From the NCBI GenBank assembly GCA_965660305.1, contig CBFHZD010000003.1, positions 67,379 to 131,378 on the forward strand: a DNA stretch of 64,000 nt. The letters run 5' to 3'. A model generated the notes under the pieces. The model was not told the DNA's origin and made no database searches. It worked only from the letters and a program-made list of their open reading frames with translations. The position numbers and the translations under genes were made by a program. This document shows positions 1-10,320 of the stretch, one piece after another. Source of the DNA: Flavobacteriales bacterium. GTDB taxonomy: Bacteria > Bacteroidota > Bacteroidia > Flavobacteriales_D > CAJJDF01. How positions within the stretch are numbered: the first letter of the stretch is position 1; each line of letters opens with the position of its first letter.

Positions 1-603
1 AAAGTTCTAAAAACAGTGAAGGTTAAAATTGCAGAAACTGGTGAAATATTGGTAAAAGGACCTAATGTCATGCAAGGATATTACAAAGCACCGGAAAAAA
101 CTGCAGAGGTAATGGATAGCGAAGGGTGGTTTCATACGGGAGATAAAGGTGAGTTTGTTGAAGGCGATTACTTAAGAATAACAGGAAGAATTAAACAAAT
201 ATTCAAGACCTCCGGAGGGAAGTATGTGTCGCCAGAATTGATGGAAAATAAATTTAAGTTGTCGCCCTTTATAGAAACAATCATGGTAATTGGTGAAAAC
301 AGAAAACATACATCAGCGATTATTGTTCCGGCCTGGGAGGCACTTGCAGATTGGGCAGATTACAAAAAAATAGCTTATTCTAATCATGATGATTTGGTGA
401 AAAACGAATTGGTGATTGATAAATTTGACCGTGAAATTGCGAAGTATAACGAAGATTTCGCTCAGTGGGAAAAAGTTAAGAAAATAAGAGTAATCGCAGA
501 CGAATGGAGTATTGATTCTGGTGAATTAACTCCTACTCTGAAGTTGAAAAGAAGTGTTGTACTTGAAAAATACGCTGATTTGATTGATGGGATATACGCA
601 TAG
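1..603 (+). CDS. Long-chain fatty acid-CoA ligase (AMP-binding family), C-terminal part; 5' end lies outside the window
   Basis: GEILVKGPNVMQGYY, GWFHTGD, ITGRIK and ELTPTLKLKR motifs of FadD15-type acyl-CoA synthetases; frame is open to the window start. Confidence 0.9.
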   Translation, partial: KVLKTVKVKIAETGEILVKGPNVMQGYYKAPEKTAEVMDSEGWFHTGDKGEFVEGDYLRITGRIKQIFKTSGGKYVSPELMENKFKLSPFIETIMVIGENRKHTSAIIVPAWEALADWADYKKIAYSNHDDLVKNELVIDKFDREIAKYNEDFAQWEKVKKIRVIADEWSIDSGELTPTLKLKRSVVLEKYADLIDGIYA

Positions 604-1099
604 AAGCTATTGGGCTCAGTTACTTCTTTTTATTCTTTTAGTGAGTTGTGAAAGCAACTCAGCCTCTAGTTCTTACTCAGAAAAAAGAGATTTGAACGAA
701 TTTCCAAAATTGAATTTATCTGGAAATAAATCCATTGATATTTCAATCTCGGAGTGTTACTTTCTTCAAGAAAAGAAACCAACTTATCTTGTTGTGGATA
801 GTGATGCTGATCATAACGGTGTTCGGATTTTATTAAGGAGTATGCTAACTTGTGATTTCGACAAAGGGGCTACCGTAAAAGAGATTAAAAATAATTCCGA
901 TTCCTTGTTGATTGACATCTACCAAAAAGGGCCCAGGTTATCCAACGAATGTAGGTGTTATTTCTATTTTCAAATCTCATTAAAGGACCGTAAACAAGTT
1001 CCAGGTTTTATCTCGGTAGGAGGAATTGAATACAAGATAAACCTATCAAAAAACTTACAAGCCAAAGAATTAGAACAAATAAGAAAAAATCTAAAATAG
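587..1099 (+). CDS. Hypothetical lipoprotein
   Basis: Hydrophobic stretch ending in lipobox-like LLVSC; later Cys residues (LTCD, ECRC); start overlaps the upstream gene. Confidence 0.55.
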   Translation: MGYTHRSYWAQLLLFILLVSCESNSASSSYSEKRDLNEFPKLNLSGNKSIDISISECYFLQEKKPTYLVVDSDADHNGVRILLRSMLTCDFDKGATVKEIKNNSDSLLIDIYQKGPRLSNECRCYFYFQISLKDRKQVPGFISVGGIEYKINLSKNLQAKELEQIRKNLK

Positions 1100-1107
1100 T
1101 AAGAAAG

Positions 1108-1368
1108 ATGAAGATTTCAGTTGAATTAACATGCACACCATTGCAAAACGAATACGAGCAACCCATCAAAGAATTTATAAAAAAAATGCGAGCTTCTGGA
1201 TTGACAGTCCTCGAAAACCCATTGAGTACTCAAGTTTATGGAGATTATGACGAAGTAATGAATTTGTTACAGACAGAAATTAAAAGCTCACTTGAATTAT
1301 TAGATGCAGGGATTTTTCTTTTAAAAATTGTAAAGACAGATAGGAGTGATTACACTCCAAGTTTCTAA
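1108..1368 (+). CDS. Thiamine-binding protein family (YkoF/MTH1187-like)
   Basis: 86 aa, MKISVELT..PL, NPLSTQVYGDYDEVM pattern. Confidence 0.7.
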   Translation: MKISVELTCTPLQNEYEQPIKEFIKKMRASGLTVLENPLSTQVYGDYDEVMNLLQTEIKSSLELLDAGIFLLKIVKTDRSDYTPSF

Positions 1369-1413
1369 CCTTAAATCTGGATAACGGTATAAGTTTTTTT
1401 CTACAAAAAAACT

Positions 1414-2052
1414 TTACTCCATAAACCAGCTCACCACATAATCTTCCTGAACAGAGAAACTAATCTTAAACGCGGTACGTTTATTCTTCTCAATAAAATG
1501 ACCTTTCATTGTATTTGACTCTGAATCAATTTCTTTGAAAATAAACTGAGTTTTAAATTCAATGACTTCTTTCTGTTCACAGTTGGAGGCAAATGCTTTA
1601 AACGCAGCTTCTTTTGCCGACCAAAATAAATTACAGAGGAGCGATGTTTCCCAAAAATGTTCTTCCATGAGTTGTATCTCGCTTGGGTGAAGGAATTTAG
1701 TTTTTACTCGAACTGCTTTTTCTGTAATTTCTTGTAAATCCACTCCGCACAATTCATCCTTTTCTCTCAACTGAATCATTACTTTATTATCAGAATGAGT
1801 GATTGATATCTCTTTATCTATACCCGTCAATTGAGGGTTTTTATTTACATAATGTATGTGAGCTCCGGGAATAACCGATTGTAAAAGAGCTCGAGATGCT
1901 AAAATTTCTTTCTTTCTATCGTCCTTACGAAAAGACATCACAATATTTGTCTCGTCTTCTGTTAATTTTGGAATATCTAACAGTTCTTCCAGGGTTTCGG
2001 ATATTTCCCATAAATGAATGGTTGAATGAAAAGACTTAGTTGATTTAGGCAT
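1414..2052 (-). CDS. 4'-phosphopantetheinyl transferase superfamily protein
   Basis: ISITHS, GVDLQ and WSAKEAAFK motifs. Confidence 0.85.
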   Translation of the reverse strand: MPKSTKSFHSTIHLWEISETLEELLDIPKLTEDETNIVMSFRKDDRKKEILASRALLQSVIPGAHIHYVNKNPQLTGIDKEISITHSDNKVMIQLREKDELCGVDLQEITEKAVRVKTKFLHPSEIQLMEEHFWETSLLCNLFWSAKEAAFKAFASNCEQKEVIEFKTQFIFKEIDSESNTMKGHFIEKNKRTAFKISFSVQEDYVVSWFME

Positions 2053-2085
2053 AGGTAAAAAATTGATTAATTGTAAAGAGATTAC

Positions 2086-2093
2086 TATCTTTG
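2086..2093 (+). promoter_or_regulatory. Bacteroidota primary-sigma -7 box for ahcY
   Basis: TATCTTTG matches TAnnTTTG, 21 nt before ATG 2115. Confidence 0.6.
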
Positions 2094-2114
2094 TACAAAA
2101 TTTTTAAATTAATT

Positions 2115-3428
2115 ATGAGCGAAGTAACAAACAAAAAGTTGCCTTACAAAGTTAAAGATATTTCTTTAGCTGATTGGGGAAGAAAGGAAATTAGATTGGC
2201 TGAAGCAGAAATGCCAGGTTTAATGTCTATTAGAGAAGAATTTGGTCCATCACAACCATTAAAGGGAGCAAGAATCGCTGGATGTCTTCACATGACTATC
2301 CAAACAGCTGTGTTGATAGAAACCTTAACAGCATTGGGTGCAGAGGTTACCTGGTCGTCTTGTAATATTTTCTCAACCCAAGACCAAGCTGCTGCTGCAA
2401 TTGCTGCCACTGGAGTACCAGTATATGCTTGGAAAGGAATGAATGAAGAGGAGTTTGATTGGTGTATTGACCAAACAATCAAAGGATTTGAAGGTGGAAA
2501 ACCTTTGAATATGATTTTGGATGATGGTGGTGATTTAACAAACATGGTGTTTGATAAATATCCAGAATTGTGTGAAGGAATCAATGGATTGTCTGAAGAA
2601 ACTACCACAGGAGTTCACAGATTATACGAAAGAATGAAAAACGGAACGTTGGTAATGCCGGCAATTAACGTAAATGATTCGGTAACCAAATCTAAATTTG
2701 ACAACAAGTATGGATGTAAAGAATCTTTGGTAGATGCAATAAGAAGAGCTACTGATACAATGATGGCAGGAAAAGTTGCTGTTGTTGCAGGATATGGAGA
2801 TGTAGGTAAAGGTTCTGCTGCTTCATTAAGAGGTGCCGGAGCAAGAGTTATTGTGACTGAAATTGATCCAATTTGTGCACTTCAAGCTGCGATGGATGGA
2901 TTTGCTGTAAAAACAATGGAAAATGCTGTAGCTGAAGCTGATATCGTTGTGACAACAACTGGTAACAAAGACATTGTGAGAGGTGAACATTTCGAAGCAA
3001 TGAAAGACAAAACTATTGTGTGTAACATTGGACACTTTGATAACGAAATTGATGTTCCTTACCTAAATAATAACTACAAGAAAACTGAAGTTAAACCTCA
3101 GGTAGATATTTATGACATGAATGGAAAAGACATCATTTTGTTAGCAGAAGGAAGATTGGTGAACTTAGGATGTGCAACTGGCCACCCATCTTTTGTGATG
3201 AGTAATTCATTTGCAAACCAGACTTTAGCACAAATCGAATTGTGGACAAACATTGATAAATACGATAAGAATGAAGTGTATATGCTTCCAAAGCATTTGG
3301 ATGAAAAAGTGGCTAAATTACACCTTGCTAAAATAGGAGTAGAGCTTACTGAATTAACAAAAGATCAAGCAGATTACATTGGTGTAACGGTTGAAGGACC
3401 ATACAAGCCAGAGCACTACAGATATTAA
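2115..3428 (+). CDS. ahcY: Adenosylhomocysteinase (SAH hydrolase)
   Basis: [53 protein letters not shown]; ATG 2115 preferred over TTG 2091, which lies inside the promoter box. Confidence 0.98.
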   Translation: MSEVTNKKLPYKVKDISLADWGRKEIRLAEAEMPGLMSIREEFGPSQPLKGARIAGCLHMTIQTAVLIETLTALGAEVTWSSCNIFSTQDQAAAAIAATGVPVYAWKGMNEEEFDWCIDQTIKGFEGGKPLNMILDDGGDLTNMVFDKYPELCEGINGLSEETTTGVHRLYERMKNGTLVMPAINVNDSVTKSKFDNKYGCKESLVDAIRRATDTMMAGKVAVVAGYGDVGKGSAASLRGAGARVIVTEIDPICALQAAMDGFAVKTMENAVAEADIVVTTTGNKDIVRGEHFEAMKDKTIVCNIGHFDNEIDVPYLNNNYKKTEVKPQVDIYDMNGKDIILLAEGRLVNLGCATGHPSFVMSNSFANQTLAQIELWTNIDKYDKNEVYMLPKHLDEKVAKLHLAKIGVELTELTKDQADYIGVTVEGPYKPEHYRY

Positions 3429-3453
3429 TCAACCAGATTATTTTAATTATCTG

Positions 3454-3488
3454 AAAAAGACCTAGTATTACACTAGGTCTTTTTTTTT
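3454..3488 (+). terminator. Intrinsic terminator after ahcY
   Basis: AAAAAGACCTAGT-attac-ACTAGGTCTTTTT hairpin followed by a T-tract. Confidence 0.85.
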
Positions 3489-3601
3489 GTTTAAAGTTTT
3501 AGAAAGCAGCTATTGATTAGCGCAACGGTAAAATATAACAAAACTCAAAGGAATTGTGAAAAAATCACTATATTGAAAGAGGTTAATTGAAATAGTAGGA
3601 T

Positions 3602-4516
3602 ATGGAAAAGTTTAAAAATTATGAAGTTGAAAAATTGGTAGACTTAATAGCCGAGTATGACATTAATGATTTTAGTAAAATTTGCCATGAAGATATTGAT
3701 GAATCAGCCTTATTAGAAACTCTAAAAAAAGAGATTGAAACCGAAAAATTTTTAGAGAAAACTGTTTTAGGTATTGATATCTATCATTACAGTCAGTATA
3801 AACCGCTGGAACAATCTCTGATTCCTGTATTGTTCAAATTAATTTACAACAAAGCTTGTGAGTTGTGCTTGTCCAATTCTTCTTATATATTCCAGCATTA
3901 TAAATCCTCTGCTACTTTTGATAAGCTATTTATCAATTCTGGAGATGGAGGATTCCAAATATTTGATACTCCAATTCATGCCACAGCATTTGTCATAAAC
4001 TTTCAAATGATTGTGAGGTATTACAATTCTTGTCGGTTTTTTCCTAAACTAAGAAAAATTGTTGGGCCGCTTAGTCTCAGGTACGCAATGACTCACGACA
4101 AAACCTACAAGTTAAATAAATCCTATTTTGGGCCCGCCATTATAAATAATGCGCGCGTTCTCATAAAGGATTCGCTCAATCGTTTTTTGTTAGATGAAAA
4201 TACTTACAATTGGTTTTTGTATCAATTAAATGGAATTGAGAATTTACAACATGTGTCTATTTCTCAGCTACAAGATCTTTCGGCTTTTTCGGATTACAAG
4301 AGGACCGATGGAGACAACCATATCTATGTCGATTCCAAAGGGTTTGATTTTGAAAAAATGATTTGTTGTGATATTCAAAAGATAGGAGATATTTTGGCAA
4401 AAAAGACAAGCCTAACTATTTATAACTTACACCTACAATATAAGGGCTTTTTAGGTGAAGGAAAATACAAAACCGTTATTTCAGTTGGAAATTTAAATAC
4501 TAGTGGGATAAGTTGA
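3602..4516 (+). CDS. Divergent class III nucleotide cyclase-like protein
   Basis: Motifs in the canonical order: VLGIDIYHYS (D59), FINSGDGGFQIF (D115), LSLRYAMTHD, YFGPAIINNARVL (R185), RFLLDENTY. Confidence 0.6.
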   Translation: MEKFKNYEVEKLVDLIAEYDINDFSKICHEDIDESALLETLKKEIETEKFLEKTVLGIDIYHYSQYKPLEQSLIPVLFKLIYNKACELCLSNSSYIFQHYKSSATFDKLFINSGDGGFQIFDTPIHATAFVINFQMIVRYYNSCRFFPKLRKIVGPLSLRYAMTHDKTYKLNKSYFGPAIINNARVLIKDSLNRFLLDENTYNWFLYQLNGIENLQHVSISQLQDLSAFSDYKRTDGDNHIYVDSKGFDFEKMICCDIQKIGDILAKKTSLTIYNLHLQYKGFLGEGKYKTVISVGNLNTSGIS

Positions 4517-4542
4517 TTTTTTGTTTTCCATTGGAAAAAAAA

Positions 4543-5433
4543 TCAATCATTATCTCTTTTGTATAGGAAATAAACAATCCCATCACTCAATCCGATTTTA
4601 GGTACAATGATTTCTTCAATGCCACACTTCTCTAAAATCTTGAGGTAAATTTCACCAGCCGGAACGATAACGTCTGCGCGGTCGTATCTCAACCTATATT
4701 TTTCTGCTCTTTCTTCGGTAGTTAGGCTACCCAAGTCAGAGTAAAGTGATTGTAACACATCTAATTTTACAGGTTCCAAATGGTTGTTTCGCGAAAGCTT
4801 AAAATATCTATTGATGTTTCCGCCCGTGCCAATAGCCTTAAAATCCTTGTCGCTGTTTACCACATTATTCAACCAGCTGTCCAATTCTTCCCAATGATGT
4901 TCTTCCACTTTTTGTTGCAGAAGTCGCACTGTTCCAATTTTGAATGACTTCGATTCAACTCGTTTCCCTTTATTAAAGATTGTAATTTCTGTACTTCCTC
5001 CGCCTACATCAATGAACAAATAGGAATCATTTTTACTAATTTTTTGGGTGTGAATTGTTGAAAAAATCAAATCAGCTTCCATTTTACCATCGATCAGGCT
5101 AATGTCAATGTCCGTTTCTTTTTTGATTAGACTTGCTATTTCATTTCCATTTTGAGCCTCTCGCATTGCACTGGTAGCCACAGCTCTAAAATCTTTCACT
5201 TGATAAATATCCATTAACAATTTGTAGGCTTTAATTGTTTTAATGAATTGATTTTTCTTTTCCTCAGAAATGCTTCCTTCCTTAAAAACATCTTCACCCA
5301 AACGAATAGGAACTCTTACCAAAGACAATTTTTGGACAGAAGTGACTCCTTTAATATCAATTACTTTTGCTATTAGAAGTCTCATGCCATTTGAGCCAAT
5401 GTCAATAGCAGCATACCTATCTGGAAAATTCAT
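4543..5433 (-). CDS. ppx: Exopolyphosphatase, Ppx/GppA family (short form)
   Basis: AAIDIGSNGMRL, ATSAMREA, DVGGGSTE, GTGGN, RADVIVPA. Confidence 0.92.
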   Translation of the reverse strand: MNFPDRYAAIDIGSNGMRLLIAKVIDIKGVTSVQKLSLVRVPIRLGEDVFKEGSISEEKKNQFIKTIKAYKLLMDIYQVKDFRAVATSAMREAQNGNEIASLIKKETDIDISLIDGKMEADLIFSTIHTQKISKNDSYLFIDVGGGSTEITIFNKGKRVESKSFKIGTVRLLQQKVEEHHWEELDSWLNNVVNSDKDFKAIGTGGNINRYFKLSRNNHLEPVKLDVLQSLYSDLGSLTTEERAEKYRLRYDRADVIVPAGEIYLKILEKCGIEEIIVPKIGLSDGIVYFLYKRDND

Positions 5434-5596
5434 GTTTCTTTGTTTTTTTAACTATTGCAAGTTAAAAAAAACTTCAATTATCACTGTTATTATAATCGAA
5501 TTCCTTTGTAAATTAACTAAATTAGACGCTTGAAATAAACCTGACTTGTCCCTTTTTTAATTATAATGAGACAAGTTTATCAATAACTAACAAAAG

Positions 5597-5836
5597 ATGG
5601 AATTACCAAGATTTTTACTAGCGGACACGACAGAGTTACCAGACGAAATGTTTGTTTTGCATACCGAGTACCCACGTTTTTTAATCAATCTAGTAAATGA
5701 TGAAATTGAATGGTTTGATGATTTATCGAAAGATGAGGAAGAAGATGAAATGGTAAATATCATTGCACATTTAATAGAAGAAGCTAACAAATTCTACGAA
5801 AAGGAACTAGAAAACTACGAAAAGGAGGATTTTTAA
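5597..5836 (+). CDS. Small acidic hypothetical protein
   Basis: 79 aa, very D/E-rich, LPRFLLAD..HTEYPRF; 3 nt before the next gene. Confidence 0.7.
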   Translation: MELPRFLLADTTELPDEMFVLHTEYPRFLINLVNDEIEWFDDLSKDEEEDEMVNIIAHLIEEANKFYEKELENYEKEDF

Positions 5837-5839
5837 TAA

Positions 5840-7513
5840 ATGGCAAACAGAAAAACCATAAAGAAACCTCTATCTTCTGTTGAACCCAAAATGGAAGAAT
5901 GGCCGATATTTAAAGCTTACCACGGAAAAGAACAATTTCTCGAGAAAGTAAAATCTCAAGTTATACTTAACTCTGGATGGATAAATAAGGACGAAAAAAC
6001 TTTGCGTTACGAAATAAAAAACATTTTGTACGAGGAAAAAATGAGGTTATCCAAAACTCCCTGGAAGTCAGACAACCCCAAAGAAAAAGTGTTTTGGAGT
6101 GAGATTAAACAAAAAATCAGAAACTCACAAGCTATTGAGAACAAGGAGGGCACAAAAGAAATTGACGAAACCATTCTGGATGAAATTTTAAATTTTTATC
6201 TGGAAGAAATGGTCGCTAACTTTAAAATCTCATCGTTTAAATTTGCCCAGAAAGCTCTGCCTTATATCTACTCAAGGCTTATCAATTCTTTTCCTCAAAT
6301 CGTTTACAAGTTATTCAGTTCTGTGGATGAACTCTACGATAGGATGAAAATAATGGGTGACATTGATCACATTAGAAAATTACAAGAAATTGGAACAGTA
6401 GTGGTAGTACCAACGCATTACAGTAATTTAGATTCGCCAACTATAGGGCTTAGCCTCAACAATTTAGGTCTCTCTGCTTTTACCTATGGAGCAGGTGTGA
6501 ATTTGTTTACCATTAAGTCTTTATCGAAATTCATGCATAACTTGGGCGCCTACAAAGTTGATAGAAGAAGAAAGCATCGCTTATATCTCGAAACATTGAA
6601 GTCTTATTCAACGATTGCCTTAACCGAAGATGTTAATAGTTTATTTTATCCGGGAGGTTCTCGCTCTCAGTCAGGAAAATTAGAGAAAAAACTAAAGTTG
6701 GGTTTGTTGGGTACCGTAATTGATGCGCAGCGCATAAACCTCGACAAGGGAAATGGTAAGAAAATTTTTGTGATTCCGGTAACTCTCAATTATCACTATG
6801 TACTTGAAGCCAAAAAACTGATAGACAATTACCTAAAGAATAAGGGGAAAGAGAATTACATGGAAGATGAGAACACCACTTCCTTTGGATTAATAAAACG
6901 AGCTTATAAAGTAATTACTTCAAATCCCGGTATGACTGTATCGTTTGCTCCCGCAATTGATGTGTTTGGAAACAAAGTAGATGAAAAAGGGAAAAGCTAC
7001 AGTGCCAAAGGACAAGAGATTGAGGTGGCTGATTATTTTAAACTCAATGGAAAATTAGTAAGAGATGTTCAAAGAGATAGCCAATACACTCAAATCCTAG
7101 GTGATAGAATCCTTCAGGAATTCAAAGAGAACTCCGTTGTGTTGAGTAGTAATTTGGTAGCTTACGTTGCTTTTCAGATCATAAGAAATAGATTCAGCCA
7201 ATTTTCTGTTTTTGATATCCTTAGTTTACCAAAAGATGAAACCACTATCAAGGTAAGTGAGTTTTTGCCAAAGTTGGAAGAGGTAAGAGGTAAATTGAAA
7301 AAAATGGCTCAAGAAAATAAAATTATATTGTCTTCAGATTTAGATTTTGAGGGTGGTAAATTAATGAAAATAGGAATTGAAAAGGTGGGTTCTTCTCATC
7401 CTAAGTATGTTTTAAGACTAAACAAAAGGGATGAAATTTCGACTCAAAGTATGAAGTTGCTTTACTATTATCACAATAAATTGAGCAGCTACGAATTAGA
7501 AGAACAGAGATAA
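5840..7513 (+). CDS. Glycerol-3-phosphate acyltransferase (PlsB/GPAT-like)
   Basis: HxxxxD motif (PTHYSNLD), GAYKVDR, FYPGGSRSQSG, IPVTLNY; directly upstream of gpsA. Confidence 0.75.
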   Translation: MANRKTIKKPLSSVEPKMEEWPIFKAYHGKEQFLEKVKSQVILNSGWINKDEKTLRYEIKNILYEEKMRLSKTPWKSDNPKEKVFWSEIKQKIRNSQAIENKEGTKEIDETILDEILNFYLEEMVANFKISSFKFAQKALPYIYSRLINSFPQIVYKLFSSVDELYDRMKIMGDIDHIRKLQEIGTVVVVPTHYSNLDSPTIGLSLNNLGLSAFTYGAGVNLFTIKSLSKFMHNLGAYKVDRRRKHRLYLETLKSYSTIALTEDVNSLFYPGGSRSQSGKLEKKLKLGLLGTVIDAQRINLDKGNGKKIFVIPVTLNYHYVLEAKKLIDNYLKNKGKENYMEDENTTSFGLIKRAYKVITSNPGMTVSFAPAIDVFGNKVDEKGKSYSAKGQEIEVADYFKLNGKLVRDVQRDSQYTQILGDRILQEFKENSVVLSSNLVAYVAFQIIRNRFSQFSVFDILSLPKDETTIKVSEFLPKLEEVRGKLKKMAQENKIILSSDLDFEGGKLMKIGIEKVGSSHPKYVLRLNKRDEISTQSMKLLYYYHNKLSSYELEEQR

Positions 7514-7516
7514 ATT

Positions 7517-8548
7517 ATGAGGAAAGTAGCTGTAATAGGAACCGGAAATTTTGGGTTGGCTTTGGCCAATTTATTAGCCATAAATAATGAAGTCCTCATT
7601 TATGCCAGAAGACAAGAGATTGTAGAGAAAATTAACTCAAAAGAAACGCACAAAGGACAGGCCATTCATGAGCGAATTACCGCGGTAAACGACTTCATGG
7701 AGCTCACAACTCAGTGTAAACTAATTTTTCCAATTGTTCCCTCGTCCAATTTTAAAGAAATGTTGGTTCAATTAAGTCCCTTTTTGACTCCAGAACACAT
7801 ACTGATACACGGAACCAAAGGACTTCACATTGAGGTAGATATTAATGAAGTTGATAGGCTTGATAAAAGTCAGGTTTTAACCATGACTGAGCTCATTTTA
7901 AAAGAAACCTCAGTGGTGCGTGTAGGGTGTATTGCTGGACCAAATTTAGCTAAAGAATTATCTGATAGACAGATAGGAGGAACAGTAGTAGCAAGTAGAT
8001 ACAACGAAGTTATTGTCTCAGGAAAATTGGCACTAAACAGTCATTTATTCAGAGTATATGGATCAAATGAGGTTTTAGGTGTAGAGATTGCCAGTGTGTT
8101 AAAAAACTACATTGCCGTTGCTGCCGGAATGTTACACGGTATGGGATATGGAGATAATTCAAAAGCATTATTGATAACAAGAGGAATGGCCGAAATGGTG
8201 TTTTTTGGAAAAGCTTTTGGTTCCAATGAAAAGGCGTTTATGGGTCTCGCTGGCATAGGCGACTTGATGGCGACCTGCAACAGCAAATTAAGTCGTAATT
8301 TTAGAGTAGGTTATAGATTAGCAAAAGGTGAAAAGTTATCAGATATTTTAACAGATTTGAATGAGGTGGCAGAGGGAATAAAGACTATTAAAGTTGTAAA
8401 ACTCTTGGCAGGATATGGGTTTAATTCTCCCATTGCTGATGCCTTGTATAAAATCGTTTATGAGGATTGGGAGTTAGAGCAAGGTATTCAATACCTAATG
8501 AATCTGCCGGTAAGTGACGATACTGATTTTTTTACTCAAACTATTTAG
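7517..8548 (+). CDS. gpsA: NAD(P)H-dependent glycerol-3-phosphate dehydrogenase
   Basis: GTGNFG Rossmann motif, TKG, GPNLAKE, LKNYIA, GIGDLMATC..SRN. Confidence 0.95.
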   Translation: MRKVAVIGTGNFGLALANLLAINNEVLIYARRQEIVEKINSKETHKGQAIHERITAVNDFMELTTQCKLIFPIVPSSNFKEMLVQLSPFLTPEHILIHGTKGLHIEVDINEVDRLDKSQVLTMTELILKETSVVRVGCIAGPNLAKELSDRQIGGTVVASRYNEVIVSGKLALNSHLFRVYGSNEVLGVEIASVLKNYIAVAAGMLHGMGYGDNSKALLITRGMAEMVFFGKAFGSNEKAFMGLAGIGDLMATCNSKLSRNFRVGYRLAKGEKLSDILTDLNEVAEGIKTIKVVKLLAGYGFNSPIADALYKIVYEDWELEQGIQYLMNLPVSDDTDFFTQTI

Positions 8549-8552
8549 AGAC

Positions 8553-9581
8553 ATGGATAAACCTAAAATTTTAATCATTTATACGGGAGGAACCATCGGC
8601 ATGATAGAAGACTTTGAGTCGAAATCGTTACGTCCATTTGATTTTAAAAGTATTGAGAATCAGGTCCCAGAATTAAACAAGGTCAATGCTGTGATCGAAA
8701 GCTACTCTTTTTCTACTCCCATAGATTCATCAGACATGGATGTCAGTCATTGGGTGAAAATGGCCACTGTTATCAATGAAAATTATTCAAACTACGATGG
8801 TTTTGTCGTGTTACATGGCTCAGACACCATGTCTTACACAGCATCTGCATTAAGTTTTATGCTCAAAGGATTGTCAAAGCCATTGGTAATAACTGGGTCG
8901 CAGTTACCTATCGGAACTATCCGAACGGATGGAAAGGAAAATCTGATTACTTCTGTTGAAATTGCTGCAGCTCAACAGAATAACAAACCAATTGTTCCTG
9001 AAGTTTGTATCTATTTTGAATACAACTTATATCGCGGAAATAGAACTTCAAAAATTAATTCCGAAGATTTTGAAGCGTTTTCATCTTTTAATTATCCTCT
9101 GCTAGCTGAGGCTGGTGTGCATATCAAATACAATACAACGGCAGTTCACTACAGAAAAGCTCAATCCTTAGAAGTATTCACACAGCTAGAGAAAAAGGTG
9201 TCTATTCTCAAATTATTTCCTGGCATAACCAAAGATGTTGTAGCCGCAAATCTCAACATTCCTAACTTGAAAGGAGTAGTTTTAGAAACATTTGGCTCTG
9301 GAAATGCAAGTTCACAACCTTGGTTTTTGGATCAGTTGAAACAAGCTTCAGAAAAGGGAATTATCATCCTTAATGTAACTCAATGCATGGCAGGGAGTGT
9401 AATTCAAGGTAAATATGCAACAAGCGAAAGTTTTAAGGATCTTGGAATATTATCTGGGGCAGACATTACTTCAGAGGCTGCAATCACCAAATTGATGTAT
9501 GTGTTGGGAAAATATAAAAAGAAAGATCAAATTATTCAAAAACTATCTGAAAGTCTCGCAGGAGAGATGTCTATAAAATAA
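8553..9581 (+). CDS. ansA: L-asparaginase type I
   Basis: YTGGTIGM, HGSDTMSY, TGSQLP, ETFGSGN; ATG 8553 follows the gpsA stop. Confidence 0.93.
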   Translation: MDKPKILIIYTGGTIGMIEDFESKSLRPFDFKSIENQVPELNKVNAVIESYSFSTPIDSSDMDVSHWVKMATVINENYSNYDGFVVLHGSDTMSYTASALSFMLKGLSKPLVITGSQLPIGTIRTDGKENLITSVEIAAAQQNNKPIVPEVCIYFEYNLYRGNRTSKINSEDFEAFSSFNYPLLAEAGVHIKYNTTAVHYRKAQSLEVFTQLEKKVSILKLFPGITKDVVAANLNIPNLKGVVLETFGSGNASSQPWFLDQLKQASEKGIIILNVTQCMAGSVIQGKYATSESFKDLGILSGADITSEAAITKLMYVLGKYKKKDQIIQKLSESLAGEMSIK

Positions 9582-9588
9582 TTGAAAA

Positions 9589-10320
9589 ATGAAGTTAATT
9601 AGTTACCCATTGTCCATATTGTTTGCGTTTACATTTTTTCTTATTCTGGTTGTATTTCATCCCATTCAATGGATTGCTTTTAATGCATTTGGGTATAGAA
9701 GTCACAAGTATGTCGTTGATTTTATGAATTTGCTCCTTACTCGATCGCTGTTGCTTTTGGGTGTAAATGTTAAGCGATTGAACAAGCCAAATATCCCTAA
9801 AAAAAGGTCTCTAATAATCGTTTCTAATCACCAAAGCCTGTTTGATATTCCACCTATTATATGGTACTTCAGACAATACCACATTAAGTTTGTTTCTAAG
9901 AAAGAGCTAGGAAAAGGTATTCCAAGTGTATCTTACAACCTAAGGCACGGAGGAGCTGCTCTGATAGATAGAAAAGATGGTAAGTCAGCAATCGTAGAGT
10001 TAGGAAAATTCAGTAAAAAACTAAAAAATAATACTTGGGGTGCAGCAATCTTTCCTGAGGGCACTAGGAGTAGAAATGGTAAACCAAAATCGTTTTCAAC
10101 CAACGGATTAAAAATGATTTTAAAATACAATCCAGAGGCTGTTATCTTGCCCATTACAATTAATAATTCATGGAAAGTGTTTAAATACGGTAAATTTCCG
10201 CTGGGATTATTTTCCCCTATTACAATCTACACTCATGAACCGATAGAGGCCAATTCAATAGAAACAACCGAACTACTCGCTCTTGTGGAAGAAAAAGTAA
10301 AAAGTAAAATTGATGTCTAA
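9589..10320 (+). CDS. plsC: 1-acyl-sn-glycerol-3-phosphate (lysophospholipid) acyltransferase
   Basis: NHQSLFD, IDR, FPEGTRS motifs. Confidence 0.85.
   Translation: MKLISYPLSILFAFTFFLILVVFHPIQWIAFNAFGYRSHKYVVDFMNLLLTRSLLLLGVNVKRLNKPNIPKKRSLIIVSNHQSLFDIPPIIWYFRQYHIKFVSKKELGKGIPSVSYNLRHGGAALIDRKDGKSAIVELGKFSKKLKNNTWGAAIFPEGTRSRNGKPKSFSTNGLKMILKYNPEAVILPITINNSWKVFKYGKFPLGLFSPITIYTHEPIEANSIETTELLALVEEKVKSKIDV

Noticed and set aside
2053-2114. SAH/SAM riboswitch upstream of ahcY
   Set aside because: Only 62 nt of AT-rich divergent spacer, with the promoter box 21 nt from the ATG; no room or structure
3490-5433. Complete Pycsar/CBASS defence operon around the cyclase-like gene
   Set aside because: No adjacent TIR, TM, cNMP-binding or other effector gene; flanks are the ahcY terminator and convergent ppx
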